DNA of 64,000 bases, taken from NCBI GenBank assembly GCA_030445695.1, contig JASUTF010000001.1:882-64881 (forward strand), given 5' to 3'. A program made the translations under genes and the position numbers. This document shows, in pieces, positions 8,781-19,040 of the stretch. Source of the stretch: Candidatus Iainarchaeum sp. (GTDB taxonomy: Archaea; Iainarchaeota; Iainarchaeia; JAADDC01). Under the pieces are notes generated by a model. That model was not told the origin of the DNA, did not search any database, and saw nothing but the letters and a program-made list of their open reading frames with translations. The first letter of the stretch is position 1; the number at the start of each line of letters is the position of its first letter.

Positions 8781-10556
8781 TCATTCCTCCTCCTCGCCGC
8801 GTTTCTTCTTCACCTCGATGATCTCCTGCAGTAGTTCCACATAGGAGTCCGGGATGAGGTGCCTGTTCTTCAGCAGTTCCCTTATGTGGTCGTTGGGCAC
8901 GTCCGTATACAGGATATCACCCTCGAAGATGTGGCGTCCCACGAGGGGCCCCTGTATTGCCACTGCAAGTTCTTCCCCTTCATATGCCTCGTCGACGCTT
9001 CTCTTGTCCTTCTGCATGCCCTTTATTGTGCCCACAGGTCTGCCATCTGCCCTCATGACCGGATACTTCGGCTTTATGACCCCCGCGAGCACACGAACGC
9101 CAACGATTGCCGGATCGCTCCTGCGGAAGACGTAGCCGTCCAGTATCTTGAACTTGCCCGGAAGTATGAGCTTCGACAGCTTCTCGCGTTTCTCACGTTC
9201 CCTTTCTTCCTCTCTCCACTGCTCGTATCGCTCCATTATACGGTATACGACGTTCTCCCTGATTATGGGTACGTTCAGCCGGAACGCCTCCTCCTCGACG
9301 CCCGGCTCAAGGCCCACGTTGAACGCGATGATAACGCCGAGGTAGCGGTCCTTCTGCCGAACCACGTGTGCTTCCATCACGTCGTGCTTGCTCACGTTAC
9401 CTATCTCTGCCTTCTTGACGGGGTATCCGTGTTCCCGCAGTATCCTAACGAGTGCCTCTAGCGATCCCAGCGTGTCCGCCTTCACGATAAGCCCTATCTC
9501 GTCCGTCTCAAACGATATGCTCTCCAGCTCCTTTCTCACCTTCTCCATGGCTGCCCTCTTCTCTTCCTCGCTCCTGACCACCAGTATGGGAGACCCCGGC
9601 AGGGCATCCTCGATGTCAGGTGCCGCGATCTTGAGACCCGCCGCCGCGTGGACTTCCTCCACGGACATGAACTTATCCCTCGGGTCGCGTATCTCATCCA
9701 GCGGCTTCGGTTTGAGCAACGCGCGTATTCTCGTTTCTTTCGGTCCGTTCTTCGTGCCGAATACGATGTGGTCCCCCCTGCGTATGACCCCGTCGTAGAG
9801 GATCGTCGTCAGCGTCGTCCCTATGCCTGTCTCTTCCTTTACTTCGAGAACGACTCCCTTTCCAGGGGCGTTCTCGTCGATCTCCAACCTCTTTTCAAGG
9901 TATTTCTGGGCAAGGCCCGCAATGTAGAGGAGCAGTTCTGGAATGCCTTCTCCCGTCTTTCCGGAGGTTGGTATGATTACGATCTGCCTTGTAAAGTCGG
10001 TTACTCTATCGTAGCGTTCCGAATCGAAGCCATACTCCGCCAAGGATGCCACGATCTGGTATATCTTCATGTCGAGTTCTTGCAGAACGTCCTGCCTCTG
10101 CCTTTTGAGTGCAAGCGTTATGGGCTCGTCTTCCTTGCTCTGCCAGCCCGTTATTGCGTCTACCTTGTTCGCGGCCACGATGAACGGGACCTTATACGTC
10201 TTGAGGATCTCGATGGCCTCGTGCGTCTGCGGCTGGAACCCCTGATTGATATCCACCACGAGAACCGCGATGTCTGCAATGCTCCCGCCACGCTTTCGTA
10301 GATTCGTGAACGCCTCGTGTCCCGGTGTGTCGATGAACAGAAGTCCAGGGATCTTGAACTGAACGGGGAACATCTTCGCGAGCGGTTCAGAAATCTTCTG
10401 GATCACGTCAATGGGAACCTCCGTTGCGCCTATGTGCTGCGTAATTCCGCCTGCTTCCTTCTTCTGGACGCTCGTTCGCCGGATTCTGTCAAGAATCGTT
10501 GTCTTTCCGTGGTCCACGTGCCCCAGAACCGTGACTATGGGCTGGCGTATCTTCAT
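8781..10556 (-). CDS. infB: Translation initiation factor aIF5B (IF-2)
   Basis: RQPIVTVLGHVDHGKT, EAGGITQHIGA, DTPGHEAF and DTLGSLEA. Confidence 0.96.
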   Translation of the reverse strand: MKIRQPIVTVLGHVDHGKTTILDRIRRTSVQKKEAGGITQHIGATEVPIDVIQKISEPLAKMFPVQFKIPGLLFIDTPGHEAFTNLRKRGGSIADIAVLVVDINQGFQPQTHEAIEILKTYKVPFIVAANKVDAITGWQSKEDEPITLALKRQRQDVLQELDMKIYQIVASLAEYGFDSERYDRVTDFTRQIVIIPTSGKTGEGIPELLLYIAGLAQKYLEKRLEIDENAPGKGVVLEVKEETGIGTTLTTILYDGVIRRGDHIVFGTKNGPKETRIRALLKPKPLDEIRDPRDKFMSVEEVHAAAGLKIAAPDIEDALPGSPILVVRSEEEKRAAMEKVRKELESISFETDEIGLIVKADTLGSLEALVRILREHGYPVKKAEIGNVSKHDVMEAHVVRQKDRYLGVIIAFNVGLEPGVEEEAFRLNVPIIRENVVYRIMERYEQWREEEREREKREKLSKLILPGKFKILDGYVFRRSDPAIVGVRVLAGVIKPKYPVMRADGRPVGTIKGMQKDKRSVDEAYEGEELAVAIQGPLVGRHIFEGDILYTDVPNDHIRELLKNRHLIPDSYVELLQEIIEVKKKRGEEEE

Positions 10557-10595
10557 GAGAATCACCCCGGAATAAGAAGAATTGGTGCGATTGTT

Positions 10596-10964
10596 TTATA
10601 ATCGGCGTGTGGGGTCGTAGAGTTTCAGCCCGTATCGTTCGAACTGCTGGAAGTGCTTTCTATTGTTGGTCCAGATGGGTACTTTGTTAGCTATGGATAT
10701 TCCAGCAATTATGATATCTGCATCTGCCACGATGTTCCCCTCTTTCTTTAAATCCTGCCAAATCCTCGCGGATATTCGTATGGATTGCGGTGTTTCCTGC
10801 AGTATTACGAAATCTCTTTCTAAAATCTCTGCAGCAGCACCCACATCTTTTGCACCGCGCAGGAATTCGTAGAGTGTGATTGTGGTTATGGCTAACGGCT
10901 CTCTTGGTGGTTCGACATGCCCCTTTATCATCTCGATGAGCACGTCTGTGTCTATTAGAATCAT
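10596..10964 (-). CDS. vapC: VapC PIN-domain toxin
   Basis: ILIDTDVLI, ITLYEF, DADIIIA and TNNRKHF; lower GC than the flanks. Confidence 0.88.
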   Translation of the reverse strand: MILIDTDVLIEMIKGHVEPPREPLAITTITLYEFLRGAKDVGAAAEILERDFVILQETPQSIRISARIWQDLKKEGNIVADADIIIAGISIANKVPIWTNNRKHFQQFERYGLKLYDPTRRL

Positions 10965-11158
10965 CGCGCCCACGTCTCCGCTCTTTCTATTTTATCTGTA
11001 TCCACGAGTTCTCTCAGCAGTTTCAAATCCTTTTTCAGCTCTTTTCGCTTCAGTTCCGCCAGCTCCAGAAGGAATTCGTCCCAAGTCCTGTTTCCCTTGA
11101 GCGGTTCCAGAATTTTTCGTGTTTCTTTCCGAATGGGTATTGTGGTAATTGTTGCCAT
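10961..11158 (-). CDS. vapB: VapB-type antitoxin
   Basis: TTIPIRKETRKIL..LK..RTWDEFL; overlaps the vapC start (ATGA). Confidence 0.75.
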   Translation of the reverse strand: MATITTIPIRKETRKILEPLKGNRTWDEFLLELAELKRKELKKDLKLLRELVDTDKIERAETWAR

Positions 11159-11200
11159 GGTATAATTATGCAATTGCAAAATTAAAAAATTGTGGGGGGA

Positions 11201-12007
11201 TCAGAACTCCCCCAGCATCTCCTCGTAGAGCGTTGTGTATTCGGGGTATAACTCGTCCTCGCTGAAGAGTTCCTTGATCTCCCTCTCAGCGCCCTCGCTG
11301 TCGGAGGCGTGGACCACGTTGTATATGCTTCTCGTCTGCAGGTTTGCCAGTTCGTAGTCGTCGCAGGCGAAGTCGCCGCGTATGGTCCCCGGGGCTGCCC
11401 TTGACGGCGCTGTATCCCCTACGATGGCACGGACCTTCCCTATGGCCCTCGGGCCTTCGATGACCATGGCGACGATGGGCGCGCTGGTCACGTATCGCCT
11501 CAGCGCCTCCAGGATGGCCTTACCGTACTCCTCCTCCTTCCACGGGAACTCCTGACCGCGCTCAAGGAACGCCTTCTTCGCCTTCTCACCGATCTTTACT
11601 GCCATCTCGTCGGGGTAGTGCTTCTTTGCCCACTCCTCGTCGAGCCAGACCATTTTAAGCCCTATGATCTTCAGACCCGCCTTCTCTATGCGCGAGATCA
11701 CCTCTCCAATCAGGCCCCTGCGAACGCCGTCCGGCTTGACGAAGAGCAGCGTCCTCTCAACGCCGGGCTTCTTCTTTTTTCTCTTTGACCGCTTCTTCTT
11801 TGCGGGCTTCTGTGCCTCCATCTCTGCCCTCGTGAGCTCGTAGAGCGCCTTCATGATCCCGTAGAGCGCCTCCACTTCGTCCTCCGCGTTCCGAGAGAAG
11901 CGTATGTCATACTTCTCCCTCAGTTCCTTCGCCATCCGCAGAAGTTCAAGGTACATCTCCCTTCTGTCCATCTCCTTGGGGAGGAAGACCGTGGGCATGA
12001 CCATCAC
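11201..12007 (-). CDS. ndk: Nucleoside diphosphate kinase with ~80-aa N-terminal extension
   Basis: ERTLLFVKPDGVRRGLIGE, PGTIRGDF and NVVHASDS. Confidence 0.9.
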   Translation of the reverse strand: MMVMPTVFLPKEMDRREMYLELLRMAKELREKYDIRFSRNAEDEVEALYGIMKALYELTRAEMEAQKPAKKKRSKRKKKKPGVERTLLFVKPDGVRRGLIGEVISRIEKAGLKIIGLKMVWLDEEWAKKHYPDEMAVKIGEKAKKAFLERGQEFPWKEEEYGKAILEALRRYVTSAPIVAMVIEGPRAIGKVRAIVGDTAPSRAAPGTIRGDFACDDYELANLQTRSIYNVVHASDSEGAEREIKELFSEDELYPEYTTLYEEMLGEF

Positions 12008-12058
12008 CTGTAACTACTGAGAAATAGTTACGGAACAAGGGTAATAAAAAAGAGGGGG

Positions 12059-12256
12059 TTATGCACTGCTCTTCTGGCGCTCCGCCTTGGCGAGGCGGTA
12101 TGCCTTCGTCCACTTCACCTTTCTGGGGTTTCTGCCGAGGCGGTAGTTCGCCAGGCACTTGTGGGAACAGAAGTGCAGGACTTTCCCGTCGTTCAGGACG
12201 AGCATGATGCCCGTCCCCGGCTCGATCTCCCTTCCGCAGAACGAACACTCTGTCAT
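12059..12256 (-). CDS. rpl24e: 50S ribosomal protein eL24
   Basis: [13 protein letters not shown]...FCSHKC...RNPRKVKWT. Confidence 0.95.
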   Translation of the reverse strand: MTECSFCGREIEPGTGIMLVLNDGKVLHFCSHKCLANYRLGRNPRKVKWTKAYRLAKAERQKSSA

Positions 12257-12261
12257 TGTCC

Positions 12262-12480
12262 TCACCGTGCCTTGATCTCCCTCGCCTCGTGGCGTGTGGA
12301 CAGCAGGATTACGATATCCCCTACCTTTACAGGCCCGAGGACGTTTCTGCGCAGCACTCTGCCCTTCTGCGGGCCCTCTAGTATCTTTACCATGACCTGT
12401 GTTACCTCTCCGTGGACTCCCGTGCGGCCGACGATCTCAACGACCTGCGCGGGAGTCCCCCTGGACTCTTCCTCTGCCAT
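12262..12480 (-). CDS. rps28e: 30S ribosomal protein eS28
   Basis: [12 protein letters not shown]...[11 protein letters not shown]. Confidence 0.95.
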   Translation of the reverse strand: MAEEESRGTPAQVVEIVGRTGVHGEVTQVMVKILEGPQKGRVLRRNVLGPVKVGDIVILLSTRHEAREIKAR

Positions 12481-12486
12481 GGCTCA

Positions 12487-12855
12487 TCACTTCTTTATGC
12501 TCTCGATCTGCTTCACGATGTCCGCCACGAGATCCTTCGCCTGACCCAGGTCCACGATGGCCACCGCGGCAGCGGATACCTCAATGCCTGCGGCGGATCC
12601 GAGCTCCTTCTTGGAGGGCACGTATGCGTAGGGGATCCCCTTCTCCTCACAGAGGATGGGCAGGTGCATAACGATCTCTTCAGGATCCACATCCTCTGCG
12701 ATGACTACGAGCTTTGCCTGGCCGCGCTCAACGGCCTTCGTCGTCTCGTTTGTGCCGATTCTTACCCTCCCGGTATCGCGGGCAACCCTAACTGCCTCAA
12801 GAACCTTGTCTGCAAGTTCCTTTGGCATTTCAAACCTCACGTAACTCTTTGCCAT
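12487..12855 (-). CDS. rpl7ae: 50S ribosomal protein L7Ae (eL8)
   Basis: [29 protein letters not shown]. Confidence 0.96.
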   Translation of the reverse strand: MAKSYVRFEMPKELADKVLEAVRVARDTGRVRIGTNETTKAVERGQAKLVVIAEDVDPEEIVMHLPILCEEKGIPYAYVPSKKELGSAAGIEVSAAAVAIVDLGQAKDLVADIVKQIESIKK

Positions 12856-12967
12856 AAAAGCACCTCCACCCGGTCATCGGGCTAAGAAGTTTGGATCGGG
12901 AGATTTTAAAAAGGTAGTGAGGGCGTTCTGATCTTCCTTTTTATTGTTTGCCTCCTTTTTCTTTGAG

Positions 12968-15900
12968 ATGCCGGCACGCCTAAAGCGACTCACACTAAAG
13001 AACTTCAAGTCATTCCGCACCGCGAACATCCCATTCGCCCCTGGCTTCACCGGCATCATGGGGCCCAACGGGTCGGGGAAGAGCAACATAATCGATGCCA
13101 TCGTCTTCGTTCTGGGTGAGGGCCGGCTCAAGTCGATTCGTGCGTCCCGCCTCACAGACCTTGTATACCACAAAGCGAGGGACGGGCGTGCCATTGTCTC
13201 CATGGATATCGAGGGGCCGGACGGAAAGGAGTACCAGATCACAAGGGAGATAGACCGGAAGGGCCACTCCGTCTACCGGCTCAATGGAAAAAGAACCACA
13301 AGGAGCAATGTTCTCTCCCTCCTCGCGTCCTTTAACATTTCACCCAACGGTTACAACATCGTCCTGCAGGGGGACATAACGAAGGTCGTCAAGATGACAC
13401 CGAAGGAGAGGAGGACCATCATCGATGATGTTGCCGGCGTTTCTGAATACGAGGAACGCAAGCAGGAGGCAGTGAAGGAACTTGAGGCGGTCGAGGAGAA
13501 GATAAAGGATGCAGAGCTGATACTCGGTGAGAGAAAGGCGATTCTGGAACAGTTGAAGGCAGACCGCGATGCTGCCCTCCGGTATCAGGCACTCAGAGAG
13601 GAATTGAGACGTTTGCGCAAGACAATCCTGCTCGCGAGGCGTGACGAGCTGAACAAGTCCGCGGAACGGATCCGTTCCCGCCTTGAGGCGGTTGACAGGG
13701 AGCTGGAGTCCGTCCAGAACACGCTGAACGATCTTGAAGAGAGGAGAAAGGGGACGGAAGAAGAACTGGAGCGGCTGAACGCCGAGATACGTGAGATCTA
13801 CTCGAAGATGGGCGCCGGCTTTTTGGAGTCCGTCCGGGAAGAACTGCTGAAGAAGCAGGCGCTGAAGGAGTCGCTGGAACAGGATCTTGAGCGGGTCCGC
13901 AGGGAGATCATAGACCTTACCACGAAGCGTGATCGCCTGCAGTCCGAGAAGGAGTTCATAGAGCAGGAGTATGCAAGCATCCGCGCCCGTCTGGAGGAGA
14001 AGAGAACCGCACTGGAAAGCGTGGATGCCCGCATCGCGGAGATCGAGAAGAAGATATCTGAACTTGAATCGGAGAAGAGGGCTGCCGAGTCGGAACTCCT
14101 CGAAGTGGAGCGCCAGATAGACGAGAGGCAGAAACGCTTCATGGAGATTCGCGAGGAACACAGCCGCATAATGGGTGAGCTCAACACCCGAAAGGAACTC
14201 GGCAGGAAGCAGGCAGAACTGATGGAGAAGGTAAAGAGGGCGAGGGATGAGCTCCAGAAGATAGAGGCGGAGATACGGGAGCTAGAGAGAACGAAGAAAG
14301 AGGTTTTTGAGCTTGAGAAATCGCTGAATCAGCAGTACCTGGCGCTTCAGGAGGAGATCAAGGCGTTACGCGAGGAGCTCGGCTCCTACAGGGGTGCGGC
14401 AAGTGCCCTGAAATCACTGGGCGTTGACGTGGAAGTCCTCGAGGCGTTGAAGAGGGCCCAGAGCAGGGGTGAGCTTTTTGGCATTCACGATTACGTTTTC
14501 CGGCTCATAAAGTATGACAAGAAGTATGAGGCGGCAATAGAGACGGCAGCAGGCCGTCGCCTGTTCTACATCGTAGTGGATACCGCAGATGCTGCCGCCG
14601 ATGCGATAAAGTATCTGAAGAAGCACAACCTCGGCCGTGCCACTTTCCTTCCCATGGATCGCGTCTCCTACCGCCTGACTGACGTGCCTCACAGCCCTGG
14701 CGTTCTCGGAAGGGTGCTGGACTTCGTGAAGTACGACGAGAAGTATGCAAGGGCCATGGCATTCGTCTTCGGCGACACCCTTGTGGTCGATACCGTGGAC
14801 GACGCAAAGCAGCTGGCAGGGAAGTACCGTGCCGTGACCCTTGACGGGGATATCGTGGAACGCTCAGGTGTTATGAGCGGTGGTTCCCGCCGCTCCGGTG
14901 CCTCCGTTCTGCAGCTGCTCTCCGTGGAGGCAAAAAGGCAGGAACTCTCTTCAAAGGAGGCGGAGGCGAAGTCCATTCTTTCCCGCCTGCAGGAGATACG
15001 CGAGCGTGTCAGGTCCGTTTCCTCCCGGCTTTCGGAGCTGAATGCACGGAAGCAGGAGCTCCAGAGGTTCATCGAGTCGGCACCGCTGGGTGCAGAGGAC
15101 GAGGTCTCCCGTCTTGAGGCACGCCTCGAGGAGCTTTCGAGGGAGATGGAACGGCTTGCCAACGAGATATCCGATCTGGAGATGAGGAAGGCAGAGTTGC
15201 GTCGCACTGTCAAGAAGGAGGCGGGTTCCGAGGGTGTTTCGCTGTTCGAGGCGCTCTCTTCCCTGCGCCAGGAGCGGGACGTGGTATCCCGCGAACTCCA
15301 CGAGGTGGAACTGGTTGCCAAGGAGAAGGAGGAACGGTTAAAATACATCACCGAGAAGCTGGAGGAGATCGCGAGGAAGCTGAATGAACTCGCGGAGAGG
15401 CGGGATACCCTTTCCGTACAGCTCTCGGAGGTCAGCGAGGAGCTTCAGCAACTGGAAGGAAAGCTTGTTGAGGCGGAGAAGAGGTCAGCTGAAGTAAAGG
15501 AGAAGCTGGAGAAGTTGAATGATCGCCGTGATGCCCTTGAAACCACCCTCAAGGAGATCCTCAACAGTATCGGCCAGAAGAGTGCGGAGCGTGACCGCCT
15601 CTACCGTGAACGCCTGCAACTCGAAACGAAGCTTGACTCCATACTCAACAACATCGCCGAGCTCGACTCCGACCTCCGCGAGTATGACGGTGTCGAGCCG
15701 CTTGAGGAACTGCCCGAGAACCCGGAGGGCCGCGTCGCCGAGATCCTCGAAGAGATGCGCGCCCTTGAGCCGGTGAACATGCGTGCCATCACGGAGTACG
15801 AAGAGATGAAGGCGAGGATTCAGGAGATTGAGGAGCGGATATCCAAGCTCCGCGAGGAGAAGAGGGCAATACTGAACATGATGGACGAGATTGAGCGCAA

Positions 15901-16360
15901 GAAGGAGAAGGCGTTCATGGACGCGTTCCTCGCCATCCGTAAGAGGTTCAAAGAGGTGTACCGCGAGCTGGAGAACGGATCTGCGGACCTGCGCCTGACC
16001 GACGAGGACGACATATTCAACGCAGGCCTTATCATAGAGGCACAGCCGAAGGGCAAGACGTTGAAGAACATAGACGCGATGTCCGGTGGAGAGAAGGCGA
16101 TGGTGGCCATCGCGTTTATACTGGCCATTGCCCTCTACCAGCCGGCGGCGTTCTACATACTGGACGAGCCCGATCAGGCGCTGGACAAGCACAACGCCGA
16201 GAAGGTGGCCAAGTATATCAAGCGGCTCTCAAGAACCACGCAGTTTATCGTGGTCTCTCACCGCGATGCCATGCTGAAGGAGGCGGACCAGATTATTGGT
16301 GTGTATATGAAGGAAGATGGGAGCTCCGCGGTGGAGCTCAAGCTCCCTTCCTCTCCCTGA
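12968..16360 (+). CDS. smc: Chromosome partition protein SMC
   Basis: NFKSF, Walker A GPNGSGKSN, coiled coils, hinge GRATFLP/SGVMSGG, signature MSGGEK and Walker B ILDE. Confidence 0.96.
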   Translation: MPARLKRLTLKNFKSFRTANIPFAPGFTGIMGPNGSGKSNIIDAIVFVLGEGRLKSIRASRLTDLVYHKARDGRAIVSMDIEGPDGKEYQITREIDRKGHSVYRLNGKRTTRSNVLSLLASFNISPNGYNIVLQGDITKVVKMTPKERRTIIDDVAGVSEYEERKQEAVKELEAVEEKIKDAELILGERKAILEQLKADRDAALRYQALREELRRLRKTILLARRDELNKSAERIRSRLEAVDRELESVQNTLNDLEERRKGTEEELERLNAEIREIYSKMGAGFLESVREELLKKQALKESLEQDLERVRREIIDLTTKRDRLQSEKEFIEQEYASIRARLEEKRTALESVDARIAEIEKKISELESEKRAAESELLEVERQIDERQKRFMEIREEHSRIMGELNTRKELGRKQAELMEKVKRARDELQKIEAEIRELERTKKEVFELEKSLNQQYLALQEEIKALREELGSYRGAASALKSLGVDVEVLEALKRAQSRGELFGIHDYVFRLIKYDKKYEAAIETAAGRRLFYIVVDTADAAADAIKYLKKHNLGRATFLPMDRVSYRLTDVPHSPGVLGRVLDFVKYDEKYARAMAFVFGDTLVVDTVDDAKQLAGKYRAVTLDGDIVERSGVMSGGSRRSGASVLQLLSVEAKRQELSSKEAEAKSILSRLQEIRERVRSVSSRLSELNARKQELQRFIESAPLGAEDEVSRLEARLEELSREMERLANEISDLEMRKAELRRTVKKEAGSEGVSLFEALSSLRQERDVVSRELHEVELVAKEKEERLKYITEKLEEIARKLNELAERRDTLSVQLSEVSEELQQLEGKLVEAEKRSAEVKEKLEKLNDRRDALETTLKEILNSIGQKSAERDRLYRERLQLETKLDSILNNIAELDSDLREYDGVEPLEELPENPEGRVAEILEEMRALEPVNMRAITEYEEMKARIQEIEERISKLREEKRAILNMMDEIERKKEKAFMDAFLAIRKRFKEVYRELENGSADLRLTDEDDIFNAGLIIEAQPKGKTLKNIDAMSGGEKAMVAIAFILAIALYQPAAFYILDEPDQALDKHNAEKVAKYIKRLSRTTQFIVVSHRDAMLKEADQIIGVYMKEDGSSAVELKLPSSP

Positions 16361-18392
16361 TTCTCTCGAGGGATTTCCTGTACCTGCCGAGCAGCCGCTT
16401 GAGCTTTGCTAGCTCCGCCTTCAGTTCCTTATCCTCCGGGCTCTTCTTCAGGCGTTTCTCCAGTTCACGTATCTGGTGCTCCACTTCCATGATCTTTCTC
16501 CTGTACCTGTGCTCCTTCAGAAGTTCCTCGTGGTGTTTCCTCCTGCCCTCCCTTCTCCCGGACGCTAGCAGGAGGATTAACAGCACTGTGCTGACAATCA
16601 GCACGGCCAGGGCCACCCACGCCGTCGTTTTATTGTCCAGCTCTATCTTCGTTGTTTTCTCCACGCTCACAACGACGGAGGGCGCCGAATAGATACTCCT
16701 GTGTATTTTCTGAATCTCCCCTGCCATGTGGTAGAGCTGCAGTCCTGTCCTTGCCATATCCTTTGCCTTTTCATTCTTCCCCTCTCTCTTGTAGTACTTG
16801 GCCGCCTCGTAGTAGTATGCGGCGTGGTTCAGGTAAAGTTCATCCCATATTCCTGCCGGCTCGAATCGGTGGCTCATGCTCTCTGCCAGCGCGGATAGCG
16901 GGTCCTTCCTATCTGCGATGACGTTGCCCATGGCCAGGCCGCTGGCACTCGCTGCCTCGAGGGCAGCAGTGTAATACCAGCCGTGTTCGTAGGCGGTCTT
17001 TGCCCACGCGATACGCTCCTGTATGGACTGATCGCTGATGTCCACCATCTGGGACACGTCTTCCACGGATATGATTGCCTGCTTTGCAAGTTCTTCGAGA
17101 TCGCCGATCTGCGGTCCCTCTATGTCCTTTCCCATGTTATACATCTCTTCAGCGCTGTCCAGCCACTCCCTCACGGACATGAGCTGTCTCAGGTAGAGGG
17201 GGCTCGGCTCGGTGTAGCCCGTAAGCTTCAGATTCTCGAAGTTATATTTTGCCCGTATGAAGCGATCCCTTGCGGCCCCTATCCACTCGAAGTTGTTCCT
17301 GTTCATGTTCACGTCGTTCAGGCGGTTGAAGAGCGTGTTGATCCTGTTTTCCGTGTCGTTGAGCAGGTCCTGGAAGGCGACACTACCGGGGTTAAGTAGC
17401 GAGGGATGTTCGCAGATGTTTGCATACGTTTCCGCATCGATCTTTGCCAGGAACGCGTAGTTGGCGGCGGTGTAGTAGTATCCCTTGTCCAGCAGGAGGG
17501 CAGCGCGCGTGGCCATGCTGTCCGACGTCTTCAGGGAATCCCTCAGCGCCTGCTCGATGCTTGGGTCCTTGAGTGTCAGGGAGCAGGACTGGGCGTCCGT
17601 TACCGCTTTTCTTGCATCCCTGACGAGCTTCTCTGCCAGATCCTTGAACGGGGCGGAACGGTTCACTTCTGCCTCCGGTGGGACGAAGTTCTCCAGTTCC
17701 TCTGGCTGGGTAGTGGAGACGTTCGTCTCGGGACGCTCCCCCTCGAACACGATCTTTACCGCCTGCTCAAGGTCCTGAACTTCGTATACGTCCATTCCCC
17801 ATGTCTGCTTCGCGTAGGTTACAAGGTCTATGTTCTTAACAACCGTTTCAACGATGCCCGGCTCCAATTCCTCCTCTATCTCCGCCGTTGTGTTCCTCTC
17901 ACCGGCGGGTATTAAAAATATCTTTACGCCGACGTCGTGGGCCGCCTTTGCCTTCTCATAGACGCCGCCCACTGGGTATACGGTCCCGTCGGCGTCGATC
18001 TGGCCCGTGGCACTTATGTAGTCCGGGACGTCTTCCCCCTTCAGTGCGCCGTAAACCGCTAAAGCGATTGCAAGGCCGGCCGACGGGCCGTCTATCTTCT
18101 CGGCGGGGGATTCGATCTTCACGAAGAAGTCATAGCGGTCTTTGTTAACATCCAGGAGGTTTGTTGCCGCCGTTATGGCATCCCTTACCGACTCCTGGGT
18201 GGACTCACCCACTATGGACTTCCCGAGATCTATGGCTATGTTGCCGTTCCCCGGGTTCACGTCCACCGTGAGCGTTGCGGGGACACCCTCCCCCGTTTCC
18301 GTGACAGCGAAGACATACATGTTCGCCTCAAAGGCGTGTGCAATTCCCGCTATAATGATCAGTATTCCGAGAACCGTGGCGATTCGCTTCAT
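16338..18392 (-). CDS. Secreted, membrane-anchored Lon-like (S16) serine protease, archaeal COG1750 type
   Basis: Signal peptide, DGPSAG catalytic Ser, TGQI..G.V.PVGGVYEK catalytic Lys, C-terminal TM helix. Confidence 0.85.
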   Translation of the reverse strand: MKRIATVLGILIIIAGIAHAFEANMYVFAVTETGEGVPATLTVDVNPGNGNIAIDLGKSIVGESTQESVRDAITAATNLLDVNKDRYDFFVKIESPAEKIDGPSAGLAIALAVYGALKGEDVPDYISATGQIDADGTVYPVGGVYEKAKAAHDVGVKIFLIPAGERNTTAEIEEELEPGIVETVVKNIDLVTYAKQTWGMDVYEVQDLEQAVKIVFEGERPETNVSTTQPEELENFVPPEAEVNRSAPFKDLAEKLVRDARKAVTDAQSCSLTLKDPSIEQALRDSLKTSDSMATRAALLLDKGYYYTAANYAFLAKIDAETYANICEHPSLLNPGSVAFQDLLNDTENRINTLFNRLNDVNMNRNNFEWIGAARDRFIRAKYNFENLKLTGYTEPSPLYLRQLMSVREWLDSAEEMYNMGKDIEGPQIGDLEELAKQAIISVEDVSQMVDISDQSIQERIAWAKTAYEHGWYYTAALEAASASGLAMGNVIADRKDPLSALAESMSHRFEPAGIWDELYLNHAAYYYEAAKYYKREGKNEKAKDMARTGLQLYHMAGEIQKIHRSIYSAPSVVVSVEKTTKIELDNKTTAWVALAVLIVSTVLLILLLASGRREGRRKHHEELLKEHRYRRKIMEVEHQIRELEKRLKKSPEDKELKAELAKLKRLLGRYRKSLERIRERKGA

Positions 18393-18407
18393 GCTATGAT
18401 GACTGTT

Positions 18408-18710
18408 TTAATCTTTATAACGCCTTCGGAGAATTTCTCGAAGGTACTGTTCCAACTGTTCCCTGCGATACTGTGCCCAGACGAACACGAGGAACGCGAG
18501 CACGAGGATTGCCAGCATAACGTGCAGGAGCAGTATTTCCACGTTACCTACCCTGAAGAGCACGTAGTTCTCCTGTCCGCTTACGGCGTAGACGGCCGCT
18601 ACAGTAAGAAAAGTGATGAGGAAGAGGAGGTAAACGAGCTCTGTGTTCCAGTGCGCTATATACTCCAGGACCAGGGGTATGAGCTCCGTTTCCTCCTTTT
18701 TCCGGGCCGT
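18408..18710 (-). CDS. Unannotated 100-aa two-TM membrane protein with ACG at the start position
   Basis: Open frame (T/M)ARKKEETELIPLVLEY...LLFLITFLTVAAVYAV...LLLHVMLAILVLAFLVFVWAQYRR...RYKD*; SD GGTGA lies 5 nt before ACG; fills the gap between rpl12 and the protease. Confidence 0.65.
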   Translation of the reverse strand, partial: TARKKEETELIPLVLEYIAHWNTELVYLLFLITFLTVAAVYAVSGQENYVLFRVGNVEILLLHVMLAILVLAFLVFVWAQYRREQLEQYLREILRRRYKD

Positions 18711-18715
18711 TTACA

Positions 18716-19027
18716 TCACCCGAACAGGGAGGCCAGACCTGCAGCTGCCTCCTCTTCCTTCTTTTCCTCCTCTTCCTCCTTCTTCTCTTCCTTCTTCTCC
18801 TCTGCTGCGGGTGCAGCAGCAGGTGCCGCTGCCGGCGCAGCAGCCACTGGCACGGCTGCCTGGGAGATGGCCTCGTCTATGTCCACACCCTCAAGTGCGC
18901 TGACGAGGGCCTTGATACGTGCCTCATCCGGCTGGATGCCGGCTGCCTCGATAACCTTCTTTATGTTCTCTTCGTTAATCTCCTTCCCCGCTGCGTGCAG
19001 GAGCAGGGCAGCGTAGACGTACTCCAT
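18716..19027 (-). CDS. rpl12: Ribosomal stalk protein P1/L12
   Basis: [11 protein letters not shown]...[13 protein letters not shown]. Confidence 0.96.
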   Translation of the reverse strand: MEYVYAALLLHAAGKEINEENIKKVIEAAGIQPDEARIKALVSALEGVDIDEAISQAAVPVAAAPAAAPAAAPAAEEKKEEKKEEEEEKKEEEAAAGLASLFG

Positions 19028-19040
19028 TTCCTTTCACCTC

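Noticed and set aside
12856-12900. Possible autoregulatory k-turn in the L7Ae leader (cccgATGAccggg)
   Set aside because: Only a short hairpin is evident; I could not identify the second G-A strand.
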